Positions 57,076-64,000 of a DNA stretch of 64,000 bases are shown here, piece by piece. The notes under the pieces are model-generated. The model saw only the letters and a list, made by a program, of their open reading frames with translations, did not search any database and was not told the origin of the DNA. The position numbers were made by a program, and so were the translations under genes. Numbering within the stretch: position 1 is the first letter of the stretch; each line of letters opens with the position of its first letter. Origin of the DNA: the human T2T-CHM13v2.0 reference genome, Homo sapiens; assembly GCF_009914755.1 (NCBI RefSeq), contig NC_060945.1, one strand, 5' to 3'.

Positions 57076-59311
57076 AGGAAGAAAGAAAAGTTCACGACTT
57101 GGTGGTTTTCGCTGACAAATTCTACAAAACATTTAAAAAATTTATACAAATTATTTACAAACTATTTCAAAAAAATGAAAAGGAGGGAACTCTTCCAAAC
57201 TCATTCTATGAAGACAGCATTTCCTGATTCCAAAATGAGACAAGAACAGCAAATAAAAGAAAACTCCAGGCCAATATCTTTGATAAACATAGATGCAAAC
57301 ATTCAAAACCAGCAGTTCTAGCAATGATATTTCAAAAGCACATTAAAAAGATTATCCACCATAATCAAATGGTATTTACCCGGGGTGGTAAGGATAGTCT
57401 AATACTTGTAAATCAATAAAATGTGATACATCATATTAAACAATGAAGGATAAAAAACATATAATCATTTCAATAGATGCAGAAAAAGCATTTGACAAAA
57501 TTAAACATCTTTTTATGATCAAACCTTTTAACAAATTAGTTATAAAAGAACATAATAAAATAAAGACCATATGTGATAATCCACAGGCAACATTGTACTG
57601 AATGGTGAAAACTTGAAAGCTTTGCCTCTAGGATCTGGAACAAGACAAGAATGTTCACTTTAATCACTTTTTTCAACATAGTACTGGAAGTCCTAGTCAG
57701 AACAATTAGGTAAGAGAAAGAAATAAAAGGCATCCAAATTGGAAAAAAAAAGTCAAATTGTCCCTCTTTGAAGATGACATGATCATATATGTATAAAACC
57801 CTAAATATGCCACTGAGAATCAGAAATAGTAAATGAATACAATAAGGTTTCAGGATACAAAAGCAACATAAAAAATCAGTAACATTTCTATACACCAATA
57901 GCAGACTAACTGAAAAAGGAATCAAGAAAGTAATCCCATTTAAAATAGCTATTAAGAAAACAAAATACCTACAAGTAAATTAAGCCACGGAAAGATGAAA
58001 ATTATTAAACGTTGATAAAAACAATTAAAAAATTAAAATAAATAGAAAGATATCCCATGTTCATGGACTAGAAGAATTAACATTGTTGAAATGACCATAC
58101 TATGCAAATCAATCTATAAATCCAATATAATCTCTATCAAATTTCCAATTTCATTCTTCACAGATATTAAAAAATATCTTAAAATTCATGTGAAACTACA
58201 AAACACCCCAAATAGCCAAATAAATCTTAAGCAAAAAGAGCAATGCTAGAGGTATTACACTATCTAATTTCAAAATATATTACAAAACTATCTTAACTAA
58301 AACAGCATGGTATTGGCATAAAAACAGGCATGTAGACCAGTGGAACAAAAATAGAGAGCCCAGGCATAAAACCACATATTTATATGCAACTTATTTTTGA
58401 CAAAGGTGCAAACATTCAATTGGGAAAAGACAGTCTTTTCAACAAATGGTGCTGGGAAAGTGCATATCCACATACAAAAGAATGAAAGTAGACCCCTATC
58501 TCTCATCATATACAAAAATCAACTCAAAATAAATTAAATATTTAAATGTAAGACCCCAAACTATGAAACTAGTAGAAGAAAACTTAGGTGAAATGTTATA
58601 TGTCATTGGTCTGGGCAAGGACTTTTTAGAAAAGACATTGAAAGTCATGAACAACAAAAGCAAAAATAAACAAATGGGATTACACCAAATAAAAACTTCT
58701 GTACTGCATAGGAAACAATCACAAGAGTGAAGACACAACCTACAAAATGGGAGAAAATATCTGCAAACTATTCACTTCATAAGGGGTTAATATCCCAAAT
58801 TTATAGAAAACCCAAACAACTCAATAGCAAAAATACAAATAATTGGATTAGAAAATAGTCAAGACAGCTGAATAGACATTTCTCCAAATAAGACAAAAAA
58901 AATCACCAACAGGTATACGAAAAAATGCTCACCATCACTAATAATCAGAGAAATGCAAGTCAAATCCACAGTGAGATATCATCTCATCCTGCTTAGAATG
59001 CTTTTTATGAAAAAGTCAAAAAATAGCAAATGCTGGCAAGTATGTGAAGGGGAATTTTCATACACTGTTGGTGGAAATGTAAATTAGAGCAACTGTTATG
59101 GAAAACAATATAACTTCCAAAAACATTAAAAATAGACTTATCACATAATCCAACAATCCCACTACTGGGTATATATTCAAAGATTATTAAATCAGTATGT
59201 CAAAGAGATTTCTGGACCCTCATGTTAATTACAGCACTATTCACAATAGCCTAGAATCAACCTAAGTGTCCATCAATGAATGAATGGAGAAAGAAAATGT
59301 GGCATATATGC

Positions 59312-59601
59312 TGTATTTGGTCATTCTTGCATAGCTATAAAGAAATACCTGAGATTGGATAATTTATAAGAAAAGAGACATAATTGGCTCCTGGTTCCAT
59401 GGGCTGTACAGGGAGCATAATGCCAACATCTGCTTGACTAGTCAGGAAGTTTGGGAACTCGTTCACTATCATGAGGATAGCACCAAGCCATGAGGGATCC
59501 ACCTCCATGACCCAAACACCCCCTACCAGGCCCAATCTCTAACAGTGGGGATTACAATATAACATGAGATATGGGTCAGGACAAATATCCAAACTATATC
59601 A
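59312..59601 (-). mobile_element. Internally deleted MSTB-type LTR
   Basis: TGTATTTGGTCATTCTTGCATAGCTATAAAGAAATACCTGAG...CCAAACTATATCA; TSD TATGC/CATGC. Confidence 0.8.
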
Positions 59602-61367
59602 CATGCACATTTGGCCATAATAAAGGGTAAAATCATGTCACTTGTGACAACATGAATGAGCATAGACGACATTGTGGTAAGTGAAATAAGCTAACCACGG
59701 TAAGACAAATATCACATGATCTCATTCTTATGTGAAATCTAAAAACACTGATCTAATAGAGAGTAGAAGAGTGGTTACCAGACTGGGAAAGATAGGGAGG
59801 AGAGGTTTTAACAATGTGTCATGTATCAAAATACCACATTGTACCCCATCAACATGTGAAATTATCATGTATCCACTTAATAAAAGAAAAGAAAAAAGAA
59901 AATGGAAGAGTTAAGATACTGGGGCACTGGAAGAGATAGAAGAGAAGGTCAGTTGGCAGTAAGGAAGAGAGAGTCTGAAAGAGCATGTCACAGAGTGGAA
60001 CATTAAAGTTTATAACATTAGAAATCAATTTTTAAGTTATTGAAAAGTTAAGTTTATAGCCATGAAAGTGAGTAGCTCAATTGAAGTGAAAGTAAAAGTC
60101 AATGAAAGATTAAATTAGAAAATATATTGCTTGGCATTTAGTAATTACTTCAGAAATATTAATAAATCTTAAGAAAATTAAGAACACCAAATCATTCATA
60201 GTGGGCCATTATCATAATACGAATTTATGTGGTAATATTTTATTCTTTCCAGTGAAGGGAGTAATTCAACAGTCTTGATTACAGGTTAGAAAATGATTTC
60301 TCCAGGTGTGACCCACTGACCCCATTCATTGTATTTGAATTGCTTGAGCAATTTGTTTAGGAGAAAATGGAAAGATTTTAAGATGGACCAACGAAATTAC
60401 CACTGAGTGTCTTTAATGGAAATCTCATCCTTGTCTAGAATAACCTGGGTTATCTGTTTCTATAGGGTCTCTGTGCCTTTTGTTTTCTTTGTTATTTGCA
60501 ATTCTGTTAGTTGTAGATTACTGATAGTAATGCAAATATTCTTGTCTATAGACAGGAAAATGATTGATTTTGGTGGAAGTATAATTAATTTTCCTTTTTC
60601 CACCTTCCATCAAGAAGTCAGTTTTGAACCTATCAAGCAAATTTATTTCAGTGTTCCTTAGTGCCTAGATATGTGTGGCTCTTAATTTTCCATAAAACTT
60701 AGTATAACATCTTACTGGCTCCCTCATTAAATAAATGAGTTAAAATCTTAGACAAGTGTTCATTTTATATTTGTAAGTCATAATTTACCCTATTTTAAGC
60801 AATTTTCCTTTATCATTCCTAAAAATCCAGATTCCTATGTCCCATGCTAGACCTATTGAATCAAAATCTCAGGCTGAAGGCACAAGAATTTACATTGTTA
60901 GTAAGCTTTTCAAGTGATTTTTAGGCATACTAAATTGTATTAACCTTTACCATTCTAATTCTTTAAACTGGAATTATTGTATTTATAATTCCATCTTCGT
61001 CAAATTAAACTTTTGGTTAACAAAAACGGTAGAAACCCCCTTATTCAATCAGATTGGGACCAGTAATAAACAGATTAATCACAAATTTAAGTTAGATGGA
61101 GGAATCATAAGAAGTATTAGATGTAAGTCCTTAAAACAACTTTAATTTAAAAGACATGTGTAAATAAATTTGCCAGAATTTTGATGACAAGGTCAAAGCC
61201 TTGCACGGATTCAGAGTGGAGTTTCTTGTGGAAACTATGCCAATGATACGTTGTCATGGATTTCTTGTTCACTTTCTGAGAAGACAACTGGGGTAAAGCA
61301 ATCTGAAATCCTAGATTACACAATTTTTCCCATTTGTTTCTAGTTGTCTTGCCAACAGTTAAGCTGA

Positions 61368-61753
<386 letters not shown>

Positions 61754-62024
61754 ACATAATATTTAATTAAATCGCATAGCTACAAGAACAAGAACAAATG
61801 GTGTAAACATATTTAGGAATCAACACAGCTTCCTCTTAGAAACTATACAATTTCTGTAATGGAAGGAGAAATGTACAGGCATTAAAAGTAGCTCAAAGGC
61901 TTTCAGTTTACAGTGGACATCAGTCAATAAGTTACCAGAAAGTGCTGATTGCAAATCAGTTAAGTGGAGGTCAGTTAAGGCAGCATCCACTGTATCCTAA
62001 TTTGAAAAGTGAATGTTCTAAAAC

Positions 62025-62195
62025 TGGGTTCACTTTTGCTATAAAGGACCAGATGATAAATATTTTAGGCTTTGCGAACCATACGGTCTCTATAGCAACC
62101 ATTCAACTCTACCATTGTAGCAGGAAAGCACAAATGATCCATGGATGTGCTCCAATAAAACTTTATTAAAACAGGCAGCTGGTCTGAGGACCATG
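62025..62195. mobile_element. MER58A-like hAT MITE
   Basis: TAAAGGACCAGATGATAAATATTTTAGGCTTTGCG...CCAATAAAACTTTATT. Confidence 0.8.
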
Positions 62196-63364
62196 TATAT
62201 ATCTTGCTGTTTTCACACAATTTTCTAAGTTAGTAGTTCCCTGCCTTTTTAACAATCAAGGATTACTTTTAATCCTCTCTTCTGATTTTATGTTTCAACA
62301 GCCTTAAGAAAACCACACAAAATATATTTATTTTGTAATTTTGGGGGGGGTTCTTATTTTACTAATAAGTAATGAATGATATATAAAGGCTACCTACTAG
62401 GTCAGTATGAAATAATCAACATTATTAACTCTAATGACTTAGTTCTGGATAGAAATAAAAAGTATTCAACTATATATATATATAACTTAAAACCTGTATA
62501 GCTTTTTCTGGTGTAAATATATAACTTTTTGAGATTTTTCAAGTATTGAATACAACATTTGTGAATCCTCACACCTGGCTCCCTATGATGACATTCAAGA
62601 ATTCTTAGGATTCTGGGAATCTTAGAATGAAAGTCACTGCTCTGTTGGAATGAATGAATGAATGAATAAGAAAGGGAAGGAAGAAGAAACAGCATGTTTA
62701 CTAAATGTAAATTAATCATCAAGGAACGTTTATTTTATTAATAAATTTGTCAACTTTAGGTTGCCAAATCTAACAAGATACCAACATGGCATTCATGGTG
62801 ATCACACCTCTAGTCAAATTTTATTTTAGTTCATTGACTATAGTATTAATATCCTGAAATACTCAAAAATTCTGTCCTAATTCTGTGAATAATTCACTTA
62901 TTAATCACCCTATACACTACTTAATGAATGGAATGGTGCTTGGAATAAACATAATTACAGGGCTAAAAGGGTTTTCTCTAGAGGCAGGTTATAAGATTTT
63001 GTTGTCTGACTGGAATAAAACAAAATTAATCAATATTTTCTGCAACCAGTGGCTTTTGACTTAGTCGTCCATTAATATCTATCAATCACTATAACCTCAG
63101 TCCTATTTCCTCCATTCTTCTTTTTGCTATCATCAAAACTTGTCCATTTTTTTTCCTGTTTGATCTATATGTTTCTCCTCTTTTCTTTTCATCCAAACAA
63201 CTGGATATCAACTTAGTACAGATAGTGCAATTGATCCGAACCCTACAGAACTCACTGTTTCCATTTACATAACTTACATAACTGTCAAGCTGAAATCATT
63301 CTCAAATATTTTAATTCAAAACTTTAATTTCATTTAATCATATTTATTCATTAATTAATTTATT

Positions 63365-64000
63365 TTGAAAATAATTTTAACTTGTATTTTACATTCAGGA
63401 GTACATGTGCCAGTTTGTTACATGGGTGTATCTCATAATGCTGAGTTTTGGGGTATGAATGATCCCGTCATCCAGATGCTCATTTGGTATGGTTTGACTC
63501 TGTGTCCCCACCCAAATCTCATGTTGAATTATAATTCCCAATGTAGGGGAAATGACCTGGTGGGAGGTGATTAGCTCATGAGAGCAGACTTCCCCCTTGC
63601 TGTTCTTACATGGTAAGTGAGTTATCATGAGATCTGATGGTTTAAACATATGGTACATCCGCCCTGGCTCACTTGCTCTCCTGCCGCCATGGTAGAAAGT
63701 GCCTTGCTTCCCCCTTCACCTTCTGCCATGATTATAAGTTTCCTGAAGCCTCCCAGCCATGCTTCCTGTACAGCCTGTGGAACTGTGAGTCAATTAAACC
63801 TCTTTTCTTTATAAATTACCCAGTCTCGGGTATTTCTATATAGCAGTGTGAGAACAGATTAATACATGAGCATAGTACCCAATAGTTAGTTTGTCAAACC
63901 TTGCCTTCCTCCTTCTCCCCTCTAGTAGTCCCAGTGTTTATTCTTTCCATCTTTATGTCCATAAGTACCCAGTGTTTAGCTCCCACTTATCATTGAGATC
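63365..64000 (-). mobile_element. L1PA/L1PB (older primate) 3' end, interrupted by MSTA and running off the window end
   Basis: GTACATGTGCCAGTTTGTTACATGGGT...GAGCATAGTACCCAATAGTTAG...GTTTAGCTCCCACTTAT. Confidence 0.85.
63485..63866 (+). mobile_element. MSTA solo LTR
   Basis: TATGGTTTGACTCTGTGTCCCCACCCAAATCTCATGTTGAATT...GCTTCCTGTACAGCCTGTGGAACTGTGAG...TAATACA. Confidence 0.88.

Larger units (their letters stand above)
53170..59900 (+). mobile_element. Near full-length old L1MA element, decayed, with AluJ and MST insertions
   Basis: ORF1-like GCAGACTTCTCAGCAGAAAC; ORF2-like CAATAATTACCTTGAATG, GATGCAGAAAAAGCATTTGACAAAAT, TTTGAAGATGACATGATC; 3'UTR CACATTGTACCCCAT with A-rich tail; 5' boundary uncertain. 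Confidence 0.85.

Overview
Primate (hominoid-like) genomic DNA made up mostly of interspersed repeats: L1, L2, Alu/FLAM, MIR, MaLR LTRs and hAT/Tc-mariner/MULE fossils. I find no intact protein-coding gene; the long ORFs in the track are decayed L1 or transposase pieces, or low-complexity artefacts. Main structures: (1) 814-10200 is one full-length L1PA4-like element split by a younger, 5'-truncated L1PA3-like insertion with a 15-bp TSD and a ~263-bp 3' transduction. The two L1s share several non-consensus bases over ~2.3 kb, which points to gene conversion, and the outer L1 has no TSD. (2) A Ricksha (MULE) DNA transposon at 20.2-25.4 kb carries ERV-L sequence and transposase remnants and hosts a FLAM that was itself split by a full THE1 provirus. 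(3) A 7SL retrocopy whose 3' part has expanded into an 8-copy minisatellite. (4) A 43-bp GATA-rich VNTR. (5) Two candidate minus-strand terminal exons with a 3'UTR-like stretch at 15.1-17.7 kb, with no identifiable parent gene. (6) A locally duplicated region at 48-52 kb containing a candidate germline-type promoter (MYB, RFX X-box, CCAAT, CRE and GC-box motifs), a candidate first exon, and junction scars. Repeat subfamily names come from recalled consensus sequences, and boundaries of old repeats are approximate. I cannot name the locus or confirm a new biological system; the 48-52 kb promoter cassette and the L1 conversion structure are the best leads.
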